Positions 17,366-27,000 are shown, numbered from the stretch's first letter. The stretch: 32,000 nucleotides of DNA from Wolbachia endosymbiont of Cimex lectularius (GCF_000829315.1 NZ_AP013028.1:150001-182000), one strand, 5' to 3'. Numbers and translations are program-made. Notes: generated from the sequence alone by a model not told the origin.

Positions 17366-18232
17366 ATGAAAAGTTTTTGTGTAAAGGCTCCTGCAAAAGT
17401 TAACCTTTTTTTGCATGTTGTAGGGAAAGAAGAAATAGGGTATCACTTAATTGAAGGCTTATTTGTTTTTGCCAATCTTTCCAATTTTTTGGAAATAAAG
17501 GTAGGTGAAAAGGATTTCAGATACGACAACTCTATAGTTGAATTTGTAAATTCCGAACTTAGAATAAATAACAGGTACAACACCGTAATGAGAGCAGTTA
17601 ACCTATTGCTTAGATACGCTCCTGCGCGAACTAAAGTCATTGTAAAGGTTGTGAAAAATATACCAATTGCTGCGGGTTTAGGTAGTGGCTCCTCAGATGC
17701 TGGGGCTATAATACGTACACTAGGGAAGTTATGGAAAATTGACAGATCAATCTTAAATGAAATAGCTTTAAGCGTTGGTGCTGATGTTCCTGCAAGTATA
17801 GATAGCAAGCCAGTTTTGGTTAGAGGTATTGGTGAAGAGTTGTGTCCCATAAAAAAATTCTCTCTACCCACAAATATAGTACTGGTGAAGCCGAAAAAAA
17901 AGTTCTTGAGCACACCAGAGGTATTTTCTAAATATAAAGGAGATTTTTCAAAACCAATTGAATGGAGTGATGATGCTGAAAAGGATCTGCTGAAACTTCT
18001 CAAAGAGACGAAAAACGATCTTCAAGAGATGGTAGTAAGTCTTGTACCTGAAATTGAAGATGTGATACTAGCACTAGAGTCACAAAAAGGTTCTATACTG
18101 TCTTGCATGTCAGGCAGCGGTGTAACGTGTTTTGGGATATTCGATAATGAAGAAAATGCAAAAGCTGCTGCAGCGAATATCAGAGAAAAGCAGCCAGAAT
18201 GGTGGGTATGTGACACTCAATTAATAACTTGA
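17366..18232 (+). CDS. ispE: 4-diphosphocytidyl-2-C-methyl-D-erythritol kinase
   Basis: VKAPAKVNLFLHVVGKEEIGYHLIEGLF; KNIPIAAGLGSGSSDAGAIIRTL (GHMP motif); LSCMSGSGVTCFGIF. Confidence 0.93.
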   Translation: MKSFCVKAPAKVNLFLHVVGKEEIGYHLIEGLFVFANLSNFLEIKVGEKDFRYDNSIVEFVNSELRINNRYNTVMRAVNLLLRYAPARTKVIVKVVKNIPIAAGLGSGSSDAGAIIRTLGKLWKIDRSILNEIALSVGADVPASIDSKPVLVRGIGEELCPIKKFSLPTNIVLVKPKKKFLSTPEVFSKYKGDFSKPIEWSDDAEKDLLKLLKETKNDLQEMVVSLVPEIEDVILALESQKGSILSCMSGSGVTCFGIFDNEENAKAAAANIREKQPEWWVCDTQLIT

Positions 18233-18235
18233 TTT

Positions 18236-18601
18236 ATGGACATAATTCCTTTAGTTTCTACGAATAAAAACTTCATAGGTAGTTATAGGAAAGGAAAATT
18301 TTTGGTGAATGATCAAGAATATCATAGCTCAATTATAATTTTTCCCGAAAAGGTGGTTGAACTAAAAGAAAGTGATATAAATAGTAAGGAGGATTTTAAA
18401 TCTCTTTTAACAGAGGAAATAGAAATTTTGTTGATAGGTACTGGTAAAACACGCAATGCATTAGATTCCTCAGTGAAATCCTATCTTATGGAACAAAAGG
18501 GTTTAAGTTTTGAATTTATGACAACGGGTTCTGCATGCAGAACCCATAATGTTCTGATATCCGAAGACAGGTTTGTTGTCACTTACTTAAGGGCCATATA
18601 G
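18236..18601 (+). CDS. Mth938-like domain protein (DUF498/NDUFAF3-like)
   Basis: LLIGTGKTRNALDSSVKSYLMEQKGLSFEFMTTGSACRTHNVLISEDRFVVTYLRAI pattern. Confidence 0.75.
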   Translation: MDIIPLVSTNKNFIGSYRKGKFLVNDQEYHSSIIIFPEKVVELKESDINSKEDFKSLLTEEIEILLIGTGKTRNALDSSVKSYLMEQKGLSFEFMTTGSACRTHNVLISEDRFVVTYLRAI

Positions 18602-18602
18602 C

Positions 18603-19412
18603 ATGCTTGAAATGTTTACACAGGACTTTTTCATCAACAGCCTGATTGCAATAGTTATAATTGGCCTCGTAACAGGTGCACTGGGGTCATTTATGATATG
18701 GCAAAGATTATCGTATCTGGGTGATAGCTTGTCTCATTCTTCGTTGCTTGGCGTTGCACTGGCTTTAATCTTCAAGACTACTCCCTCAATCAGCATAATG
18801 TTTATAGCAATTGCTTTTGCAATACTGCTTTCCCTTAATTTTGATAGATTGTATTCTGTTGATACGATACTAAATATCGTCACTAACGTAGTTTTATCGT
18901 CAAGTTTAATACTGATGTCCTTTCTTCCATCGAGCAATAGCAGCATTATTAGCTCGCTATTTGGCGACATATTAACACTGGAGCAGAGTGAAATAGTATT
19001 GATTTTTTTAACTTCAGTAGTGGTTGGTTTGATATTAGCATTTAGATGGCGCTACTGGCTAATAATTTCAATCAACCAAGATTTGGCAATCGTTGAAAAG
19101 GTTAACGTGAATTTGGTTAGGCTAGAATTTTTAATTACTCTCGCCATATTTATAGCAGTTTCTGCTCAATTAATAGGAATATTACTCATTGCTGCATTTT
19201 TGTTAATACCGGCTGCATCTGCAAGGCTTATCTCAAAAACTCCAATGCAGATGGTTATTATTGCAACGGTTTTTTCTGTGATCTCTGGAATATCAGGCCT
19301 TATATTATCTGCAAGTTTTGATTTATTAACAGGGCCTGCAATTATACTTATTGCAGCTGCATACTTAATTATCGCTTATTTTATGAAGTTGATATTAAAT
19401 AGATTAGCTTAA
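18603..19412 (+). CDS. znuB: Metal (zinc/manganese) ABC transporter permease, ZnuB family
   Basis: GALGSFMIWQRLSYLGDSLSHSSLLGVALAL; eight or so TM segments; LVGILLIAAFLLIPAASARLISKTPMQM. Confidence 0.87.
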   Translation: MLEMFTQDFFINSLIAIVIIGLVTGALGSFMIWQRLSYLGDSLSHSSLLGVALALIFKTTPSISIMFIAIAFAILLSLNFDRLYSVDTILNIVTNVVLSSSLILMSFLPSSNSSIISSLFGDILTLEQSEIVLIFLTSVVVGLILAFRWRYWLIISINQDLAIVEKVNVNLVRLEFLITLAIFIAVSAQLIGILLIAAFLLIPAASARLISKTPMQMVIIATVFSVISGISGLILSASFDLLTGPAIILIAAAYLIIAYFMKLILNRLA

Positions 19413-19471
19413 CTTCGCTCTAGGCGTTAACGGTCTAATCATATATAATCAAATGAGATGATATAGAGCGC

Positions 19472-20470
19472 ATGAAAGTTACACCATCTAAGATCAAAAA
19501 ATTCCTAGAGAAACCTGATACTTTAAGAGGTGTGTTAATTCATGGGAGCGATAATAGTAGAATTGATTTTTTCGTACAGGAGATAATTTCTAGTTTAGAT
19601 GAGTATTCAGTTCAGGTGATGGACTTTGCAACAGTGAATAAGTCACCTGGTTTATTACTCTCTGAGTTAGCAAACATTGCGATGTTTGCTAACAAGAAAT
19701 TAGTTAAGCTGATAAATGTAAGTGGGAGTATATCTAAAGAGTTAAAAAACGTATTGGATCATAATACAAGTGATCATTACGTAATGATGATAGCAAATGA
19801 TCTACCATATAGTTCTGCAACTAAAAGTTATATGGAAAGCTCAAAAATTTTTGGCGTAATTGCTTGCTATAAAGATAGTGGTAGTAATCTCTACGACATT
19901 ATATCCAGTTACTTAAAACAAAATGACATAAAATACACAAACGAGGTAATCTACCATTTGCAATCTTACTTTAATCATAGCAAGCTACCTATATACTCAG
20001 AACTTGAAAAATTAGTTTTGTACCTAGGAGAGAGAAAGGATCTCAAACCTGCTGATATAGAGCTGTGCCTTTCAACTTCTAGCAATGATTATGTTACACT
20101 TGATAACCTGTGCTCTGCTATAGCAAATAAAGATATGGCAAATTTCATCAAAATTTCCGATACACTGATATTACAGGAGAATTTTTCACCGATAGCGTTA
20201 ATTCGTATTATATCAAATTATTTCCTACGTCTTGAAAACGTTTTGCTGTCGATACGAAGCGGAATGAGCGAACAGGATGCAATTGATCAGCTGAGCCCCC
20301 CATTGTTCTTCAAGCAGTTGAAGAGTTTCAAGCTTCACTTGAAAAATTTTCAACTTTTAGAACTCAGAAGGATCTTAGAAAGGTTGATAAGATTAGAGGT
20401 CATCTGTAAAAAAACTGATTTAGATCATAAAATGATCTTTCAACATGCACTGCAAATGGCTGACACTTGA
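19472..20470 (+). CDS. holA: DNA polymerase III subunit delta
   Basis: LRGVLIHGSDNSRIDFFVQEI...VQVMDFATVNKSPGLLLSELANIAMFANKKLVKLIN; size and HolA-like C-terminal helical region. Confidence 0.82.
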   Translation: MKVTPSKIKKFLEKPDTLRGVLIHGSDNSRIDFFVQEIISSLDEYSVQVMDFATVNKSPGLLLSELANIAMFANKKLVKLINVSGSISKELKNVLDHNTSDHYVMMIANDLPYSSATKSYMESSKIFGVIACYKDSGSNLYDIISSYLKQNDIKYTNEVIYHLQSYFNHSKLPIYSELEKLVLYLGERKDLKPADIELCLSTSSNDYVTLDNLCSAIANKDMANFIKISDTLILQENFSPIALIRIISNYFLRLENVLLSIRSGMSEQDAIDQLSPPLFFKQLKSFKLHLKNFQLLELRRILERLIRLEVICKKTDLDHKMIFQHALQMADT

Positions 20471-20509
20471 GATATTAGAGCTAAACTATGGAGATTGCTC
20501 ACAGCTGTA

Positions 20510-20721
20510 CGAACATTGCAATTAGCAGGTAATTTGCGTAACAGATGGTGTCATCCCAGTGCTCCGACACTGGGATCCAGCTTTTCCATAATCATCAAAA
20601 CGTCGTATTTTAACATAAAAGAGCTACTTTTATACTCACCAACTTAATAAAATTCCTGGATGCCAGTGTCAGCTACTTGCATGACACCCGAGTGGTAGCA
20701 CAATGTTCGTACAGTTGTGGA
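20510..20721. repeat. Composite inverted-repeat element with nested palindromes between holA and dut
   Basis: CACAGCTGTACGAACATTG near 20510 and CAATGTTCGTACAGTTGTG near 20703..20721 are near-perfect inverted repeats; inside lie GTCATCCCAGTGCTCCGACACTGGGATCC and GGATGCCAGTGTCAGCTACTTGCATGAC. Confidence 0.65.
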
Positions 20722-20812
20722 AGATTGCTCTCAAATTGTAGTTTTCATATCAAGCACTGAAAGACGTTGTTTATACTTTTGCAGATACAATTTATGTGTT
20801 ATAATTTAAACT

Positions 20813-21286
20813 TTGATAGATAAAGTGCAAAGAAGTAACGTGAAAGTAGAAGTAAAAAAATTATCACATGGAGAAGATCTGCCTCTTCCCTGTTATGCAA
20901 CTACGCAGAGCGCTGGTATGGATCTTTATGCTGCGCTGAATGACTCCGCTATTTTAAATCCGCTTGAAAGGCTACTTATTCCAACTGGAATTATAATTGC
21001 AATACCGAGTGGTTTTGAGGGACAAGTCCGCACGCGTTCTGGCCTTGCTGCAAAACATGGAATCACTGTCTTAAATTCTCCAGGCACCATAGATTCTGAC
21101 TACCGGGGCGAGGTTAAAGTTTGCTTGATTAATCTCAGCAATCAACCATATGAGATAAAAAGGGGAGATAGAATCGCACAGATTCTTATTGCTCCTATGT
21201 CTCAAGTAATTTGGGATGATACAGAAGAATTCTACGTAGAAGAAACTGACCGAAATGCGGGGGGTTTTGGCTCAAGTGGTAGGTAG
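20813..21286 (+). CDS. dut: Deoxyuridine 5'-triphosphate nucleotidohydrolase (true start may be the GTG about 27 nt downstream)
   Basis: AGMDLYAAL, TRSGLAAKHGITVLNSPGTIDSDYRGEVKVCLIN, RGDRIAQILIAP, ERNAGGFGSSGR. Confidence 0.96.
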   Translation: MIDKVQRSNVKVEVKKLSHGEDLPLPCYATTQSAGMDLYAALNDSAILNPLERLLIPTGIIIAIPSGFEGQVRTRSGLAAKHGITVLNSPGTIDSDYRGEVKVCLINLSNQPYEIKRGDRIAQILIAPMSQVIWDDTEEFYVEETDRNAGGFGSSGR

Positions 21287-21395
21287 TTTATGCAAATGTT
21301 ACCTATTAGTTGATTTTTACATCAAAAAACTCTTGACCGAGGTGGTTTTTTACATATAATTTTAAGTATATTAATAATTTATTAAAGAGGTAGTT

Positions 21396-22028
21396 ATGCC
21401 AATTTTCAAAAACCATCGTGGTCAATTCCACAAAATGAACACTGCACTTGTTGCACTTACTTCTCTGTATGTCATAGGCGCAGCAGTAGCACTTTCATCA
21501 CCATATTGGGCGTCTTCATGTCCAGTTCTAGCTCCACTTGCAACTTTTGCAGCTACACTACTTGGAATGGGTATATTAGCATTTGTTGCTATTGCACTAA
21601 CTGGCTTAGCAATACGCGCCATCAGCAAAAATAACGAAATATCTGAGGAGAAAGCTCCGAAGATTACTAAGGATGGGTTGTTAGTAAGAAGAGACGTATA
21701 TGAGGAAATGAAGAAAAATAACCAAGTTAAAGATGATAATGGTAATGCCAAGTCAGGTCAATATTATATAGACTTCAACTTGGGAGACAAGAACTACCGT
21801 GTTATTATTGGCGATAAGCTTGACGAGGAGCGAGGTAATACTTTACTCTTCAAGACATATTCACTAGAAGTGAAAGGCACTGACGGTAAATATGCTCCGA
21901 TGGCTAATAAAAATAAGGAATTGGAAGCATTAGGTTTAAAACAATCTAGTGATGAGATTAACACTTATTTAGGCAAGCTTTCTTCTGTTACACCTGCTGT
22001 ACAAGGACAAGGAAAAGGACAACAATAA
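21396..22028 (+). CDS. Hypothetical two-TM protein with long polar C-terminal tail
   Basis: 210 aa ORF; hydrophobic pair then ISKNNEISEEKAPK; no recognised domain. Confidence 0.75.
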   Translation: MPIFKNHRGQFHKMNTALVALTSLYVIGAAVALSSPYWASSCPVLAPLATFAATLLGMGILAFVAIALTGLAIRAISKNNEISEEKAPKITKDGLLVRRDVYEEMKKNNQVKDDNGNAKSGQYYIDFNLGDKNYRVIIGDKLDEERGNTLLFKTYSLEVKGTDGKYAPMANKNKELEALGLKQSSDEINTYLGKLSSVTPAVQGQGKGQQ

Positions 22029-22129
22029 GCAGTATAGCTTAAGTAAAACAAAGAGGTAGGCTAAGTCTACCTCTTTTTCTTCTAAAAGTTTTTGAATTTC
22101 GAGCACCAAGTAACAGGATACTACTTTAG

Positions 22130-22530
22130 TAATAAATATTTAAGAAACTTACCAAGTGGAGAAAAAAGCAAAAGAAGCCCCGTGGTGGCTAGTTATTTAC
22201 TTTTGTGTCGAAATATTGGCGTTTTTTTATCCTAAACGCTTAATAAGTGCGACTTAGCTGCTTTTTAATGCAACTAACCTTAGCCATAAACATTTAAGAA
22301 ATTCACTAAGCAGAAAAACAGGCAAAGAAACCCCGAGTAGCTAGTTATTCACTATCTATCTTATAACATTGGCGTTTTTGATGTCTTAAACGACTTATAA
22401 GCGCGTTTGAGCTTGTATAGGTAAAAAACCAGAAGTTTTTTTGTCGTTTAATCTGCACAGACTGAAGATAAATAATAGCTTCAGTCTCATTATAAGGGGG
22501 TTGAAGGAACTTGTCAAGTAGTTTTTTCGC
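22130..22530 (-). repeat. Dispersed intergenic element, copy D
   Basis: Minus-strand copy with promoter, 5' hairpin, ACAAGCTCAAACGCGCTTATAAGTCGTTTAAGACA, two 3' modules ending GTGAATTTCTTAAAT and GGTAAGTTTCTTAAAT. Confidence 0.82.
22489..22517 (-). promoter_or_regulatory. Perfect consensus sigma70 promoter TTGACA-N17-TATAAT (minus strand)
   Basis: TGTCAA at 22512..22517 and ATTATA at 22489..22494 on the plus strand, spacer 22495..22511 (17 nt). Confidence 0.75.
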
Positions 22531-22603
22531 ACATGCCAAAGTTGGTTAAATATGCGAAGAGTCTATTGACACTGAGTATAATCTGGAGTAGTGGTAAATA
22601 GCA

Positions 22604-24097
22604 ATGTTTAAAAGTATTTTCACATTTAGTTTTTTTACAGCTATTTCAAGAATTTCAGGGCTAATAAGGGATATATTAATTGCCATGGTTGTCGGTGCAA
22701 CTCCTCTTGCAGATGTATTTTTTTCTTCGTTTCGTTTTGCCAATCTATTTCGAGCGTTTTTTGCAGAGGGAGCGTTCACTACCTCTTTTATACCGTTATA
22801 TTCAGCAGAATCACGTGATAATAAAAAGGCATTTAGCTTTGCAAGTAGTGTAATATCTCTCACGTTTGTTGTTTTATTGATTTTTTGCCTTATCACGCAG
22901 ACTTTCTTTCCTTATATGATTCAAGTATTCACTCCTGGATTTGACCAAAGCAAACTTGCCCTCACTGTGACTTTATCAAGAATTATGATGCCTTACATAA
23001 TTTTTATTTCAATAGCATCACTTATCGGGGGAATGTTGCAAGTAAAGCAACATTTTGTTTCAACAGCCATTGCACCGATCATTTTGAATCTCTGTCTAAT
23101 TGTTAGTCTATTTGTGCCTTACATAAAAACACCGGCCCACAATCTCTCCATAGCTGTCCTGATTGGAGGGATTTTTCAACTATTGTTGATGCTGTTTAAT
23201 GCATATAAATTAAAGGCTGCATTTTTTTTTAGCATAAAATTAAATAATGAAGTAAAGTTGTTTTTTAAGCGTGTAATACCAGCAATTATCAACAACTGTG
23301 TAACTCAGATAAGCCTATGGATTGATACAATTATGGCCAGTTTTATACCAAATGCAGTGTCCTATATATATTATGCCGATAGACTAAATCAACTACCGCA
23401 AGGAGTAATTGGTACTGCAATTGGTACAGTGCTTCTTCCTTTAATCTCAAAACAAGTAAATGATACTGAAAAGATAGCCAAAATACAAAGCAAAGCTCTC
23501 AGTGTAGGATTAATATTAATTATGCCAACAACTGCTGCTTTTATTATTATTCCTGACATAATTTTACTTACGCTTTTTTCTTACGGTAAGTTTGATCACT
23601 ATGCAGTGCAGCAGACTGCTCCTACGTTGATAGCGCTTTCTCTTTCTTTACCCGCATTTATTATAAATAAAGCATTGCTACCCACGTTTTTTGCTAAGGG
23701 CAATTTAAAAATACCAACTATATTCTCACTAATGTGCCTTGGAATCAATGTGGTGCTAAACCTCTTGTTAATGCACAAATATCAGCACACAGGGATTGCT
23801 ATCGCTACTTCCATCTCCACTTGGATAAATTCTATTCTGCTAATTAATTATCTAACAATAAATAAAATGTATAAGATTAGCCAAGTATTACTATTAAATA
23901 TCGTAAAAATTCTTATCGCAACGTTGGTCATGTCAATAGTTCTTTATGTTTCTAGTTCCTTATCAGCAGGACTATTTCTCGATACAATATTTGCTCGTGT
24001 CATCCATTTAGCAGCGCTAATATTTTTAAGTGTCGTTGTTTATTTTGGTACTCTTTATTTAATGTTTATGGGCAATTTTAAGTATATAAAACTATGA
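22604..24097 (+). CDS. murJ: Lipid II flippase MurJ (MviN family)
   Basis: AISRISGLIRDILIAMVVGATPLADVFFSSFRFANLFRAFFAEGAFTTSFIPLY; many TM segments; IGTAIGTVLLPLISK. Confidence 0.94.
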   Translation: MFKSIFTFSFFTAISRISGLIRDILIAMVVGATPLADVFFSSFRFANLFRAFFAEGAFTTSFIPLYSAESRDNKKAFSFASSVISLTFVVLLIFCLITQTFFPYMIQVFTPGFDQSKLALTVTLSRIMMPYIIFISIASLIGGMLQVKQHFVSTAIAPIILNLCLIVSLFVPYIKTPAHNLSIAVLIGGIFQLLLMLFNAYKLKAAFFFSIKLNNEVKLFFKRVIPAIINNCVTQISLWIDTIMASFIPNAVSYIYYADRLNQLPQGVIGTAIGTVLLPLISKQVNDTEKIAKIQSKALSVGLILIMPTTAAFIIIPDIILLTLFSYGKFDHYAVQQTAPTLIALSLSLPAFIINKALLPTFFAKGNLKIPTIFSLMCLGINVVLNLLLMHKYQHTGIAIATSISTWINSILLINYLTINKMYKISQVLLLNIVKILIATLVMSIVLYVSSSLSAGLFLDTIFARVIHLAALIFLSVVVYFGTLYLMFMGNFKYIKL

Positions 24098-26631
24098 GAT
24101 TTTCTATATACACAATATTATCAATCTCTTTAGTGTTAATCCTTTTGCACGTTGCTGCAACTTTCAAGGATTGGAATGGCTACAAGGAGCACATTGTGCA
24201 AAAATTAGAAAATACATACAACGCTAAAGTACGCATTGGAGGAAAAATCAAAGTTTCACTAATTACTCCAAAGCTCACTATTTATAACGTGTACATTCAG
24301 TCCAACAACAATAGAGAGCAAAAATTATCAGATTTGATTAGTATAAATAAAATTGAAGTAAGGCCATCTCTTCTACCGTTGTTTTTACTTTCGCTACAAC
24401 CAAAGTCAATTACATTATTTGGTATGAAAAGCAGTAAAGAAAATTTTGTTAATATTACAAATGAAAAAGCCAGTAAGGTTGATATAATAATAAAAGACAG
24501 CCAAGTAAGTTTAAACAATAACTTCGTTGATTATAGCAATATTGTTAACATAAAAGAGATTGCTATTAAGGGAAATGGGCAATTCTCTGGTGAAGTGAAG
24601 GTAGGTGATAATAATTATGATTTTTCAGGAAAAGTTGATATTACAAAAAAGAATGTACACATTAATGTCGAATCAAATTTTATAAAGTTGCTATTCACAG
24701 GCAACAGAGATCAAGAAGGGCTCCAGGGCAAGCTAACACTGACAATTAATAACAGTTCTGATTTTGTAAGTGATCTAGCAAAGATTATCAATCTTAGCTT
24801 TCTTGCTTACGCTATCCCTAGTGAAAATATCGAGATATCATCTAACATCAACCTCAATGAAGATGAGTTTGCGGCAACTGATTTGAGAATTGATTCCAAA
24901 AGTATGCAAGCTAGCGGTACAATACGAAATGATAGAAAAAATAATCACACTAACGTCAATATTAGCTTCAGTAAAATTGATTTGGATTCTATACAAAATG
25001 ACTCACGAAAAACAACGGAGATAAAGGATCTCCTAGAATGTTTTAGAGATGTTGTGCCAAAAAACTTGAGCCTAGACTTTAATATGGAGGTTTCAAATAT
25101 CCAATACCAAAACAGAGTATTGGATAAATTTCACGCTATGTTAAAACTCGCTGATGGCGAAGTAAAAGTTGATACGCTACTTCAATTCCCTGGAACCAAT
25201 AACATATCTCACCTATCGGGAAAAGTCTCGAATAGTGGTACCTTATCTGAATTTAATGGTGGTTTATTGGTAAAAGGGGATGATTTCGAGTCGTTTATTT
25301 CATGCTTTTTCCCTTCTATAAAGATGAAAGAAAGCGAAAAAAATCAATTTACAATAAGTTCCAAATTACACTTTGCACCCAGGATATTGTCTATTTCAGA
25401 TATTAGATTGCTGAATGATAAAGAATTTTTGCAGGGATCAATTAAAGTAAGTCACATAAAAAAACGTAATGTGATTGGTGGCGGATTTAGTGTACATAAC
25501 CTTAACGCGGACAAATACGATTATTTATTACTCAGTAGCTTATCTAAAATGAAATGGTTGAAAAGTCCGAAGTATGATGTAAATATAGAAACCAGTGTTA
25601 GTGATTTTACACTAAATGATACAAAAATTGAAGACTTGGATTTTTCGTTGAAGATAGAAAAGGGTAAGCTAGTTGCAGACAAGATAAAACTATCAGGAGA
25701 GGACTTTGATATTACCGGCGACATAAAAATATTAGTGGACAAAAAATATATCAAGCCTTTGTTAGATGTGAACCTTACGGGCAATAAATTTAATAGCAGT
25801 ATCTTAAAATTACCGAATTTAATAGAGGTGAAAAGAGATTCAAAAAGTAAGATAAACCAGATTCAATGGTCAGCAAAGCAGCTTAATTTTTTAGATGACA
25901 AAAAAGACTTTGATGCAAATGTGCAAATTAATGTTGCAGAACTTAAGGATGAGCAGGATATTTTGAAGGACTTTAATTTGAATGCAGTGATGATAAATAA
26001 CATCATGACTGTTAAAAAAGTGGATTATGCATTAGGGCATGGACAAGTATCTTTTCAGGGTTATTTAAAGCCAAATTCAATGTATATAAAATTTTTCATA
26101 GCAAATTTGGATACTAAAAGGGTTGGCAAGGTTATAGGAATTAATAATGTCAATGGTCAGATAAGCTTAAATGGCGCAATTAAAGCTCAAGGAAAGAGCT
26201 TTAATGACTGGGCTAATAACTCGTCAGGGGAAGTTAATTTGCAAACACGAGGAATAGAATTTACTAACGTGGATTTTAATTCGTTCATTACTAATTTACT
26301 AAGCAGTAAAAATAAATCTGAAGTTTCCACGCTTACTAACGTTGGTATATATAATGGCAGTACATTTTTTGAAAATGTCAGCGGAAAAGCAAGCATCAAA
26401 AATGGTATATGCTCAACTAGTTTACAATTTGGAATTAATCAAGCGTCAGGGTCTACTTCTTCTAATCTAACCTTATCTAACTTCACTTTAGTTTCTTTAT
26501 CCAGATTTTTCTTCATTCCACCAGGTCGTAGTAGTCCAGTTTATATTGATATGCATTTAGATGGCCCTATTTGGCGTCCTAAGATGAGTTTTGATGAAGA
26601 CCAAATATTTACTACCCTGAATAGGAATTAA
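24094..26631 (+). CDS. AsmA-like large outer-membrane-biogenesis type protein
   Basis: 845 aa, N-terminal TM, WNGYKEHIVQKLENTYNAKVRIGGKIKVSLITPKLTIYNVYI; beta-rich repeats; C-terminal FINGQISLNGAIKAQGKSFNDWANNSSGEVNLQTRG AsmA_2-like region. ATGA overlap with murJ. Confidence 0.7.
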   Translation: MRFSIYTILSISLVLILLHVAATFKDWNGYKEHIVQKLENTYNAKVRIGGKIKVSLITPKLTIYNVYIQSNNNREQKLSDLISINKIEVRPSLLPLFLLSLQPKSITLFGMKSSKENFVNITNEKASKVDIIIKDSQVSLNNNFVDYSNIVNIKEIAIKGNGQFSGEVKVGDNNYDFSGKVDITKKNVHINVESNFIKLLFTGNRDQEGLQGKLTLTINNSSDFVSDLAKIINLSFLAYAIPSENIEISSNINLNEDEFAATDLRIDSKSMQASGTIRNDRKNNHTNVNISFSKIDLDSIQNDSRKTTEIKDLLECFRDVVPKNLSLDFNMEVSNIQYQNRVLDKFHAMLKLADGEVKVDTLLQFPGTNNISHLSGKVSNSGTLSEFNGGLLVKGDDFESFISCFFPSIKMKESEKNQFTISSKLHFAPRILSISDIRLLNDKEFLQGSIKVSHIKKRNVIGGGFSVHNLNADKYDYLLLSSLSKMKWLKSPKYDVNIETSVSDFTLNDTKIEDLDFSLKIEKGKLVADKIKLSGEDFDITGDIKILVDKKYIKPLLDVNLTGNKFNSSILKLPNLIEVKRDSKSKINQIQWSAKQLNFLDDKKDFDANVQINVAELKDEQDILKDFNLNAVMINNIMTVKKVDYALGHGQVSFQGYLKPNSMYIKFFIANLDTKRVGKVIGINNVNGQISLNGAIKAQGKSFNDWANNSSGEVNLQTRGIEFTNVDFNSFITNLLSSKNKSEVSTLTNVGIYNGSTFFENVSGKASIKNGICSTSLQFGINQASGSTSSNLTLSNFTLVSLSRFFFIPPGRSSPVYIDMHLDGPIWRPKMSFDEDQIFTTLNRN

Positions 26632-26691
26632 AAGTATTAAATGTGTTTTGTTGCCCAAATAGCTATCTAAACCATGGAACTAAAAAACTAC

Positions 26692-26928
26692 TTGACAACC
26701 TTCACCAGTCCCCTTACAATAGAGCTGTGGGTATTTTAGGCCTAAAATTTATCTTTAATCTTGTATTAAGTGACAAAAGCACAGTATAAAACAAGGCGTG
26801 TTATGTTTAATTTTTTGTCTACATTAGCTGAGCCTCGCTTATTAAGCGGTGTAAGAGAGAATCGGACGCCAAGTTTTTGAGAGAACAGCAAACAACTCAC
26901 ATTGCGGGGTTTTTTTTGTCTTTTTTTC
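26692..26928 (+). repeat. Dispersed intergenic element, copy B, promoter TTGACA(26692..26697)-N17-TACAAT(26715..26720)
   Basis: Near-identical to 13300..13567; 3' module continues to CTTGGTAAGTTTCTTAAATATTTA. Confidence 0.82.
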
Positions 26929-26970
26929 CACTTGGTAAGTTTCTTAAATATTTATTACTAAAGTAGTATC

Positions 26971-27000
26971 CTGGATCCCAGTACCAAGTACTGGGATGAC
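26971..27000. repeat. Palindromic repeat unit
   Basis: CTGGATCCCAGTAccaagTACTGGGATGAC; same family as units in addA and holA-dut. Confidence 0.6.

Noticed and set aside
22345-22539. 64-aa ORF within element D (MACAKKLLDKFLQPPYNETEAIIYLQ...)
   Set aside because: Runs through the promoter and hairpins of the repeat, and the -35 to -10 spacer is within it; not conserved as an ORF in the other copies by eye.
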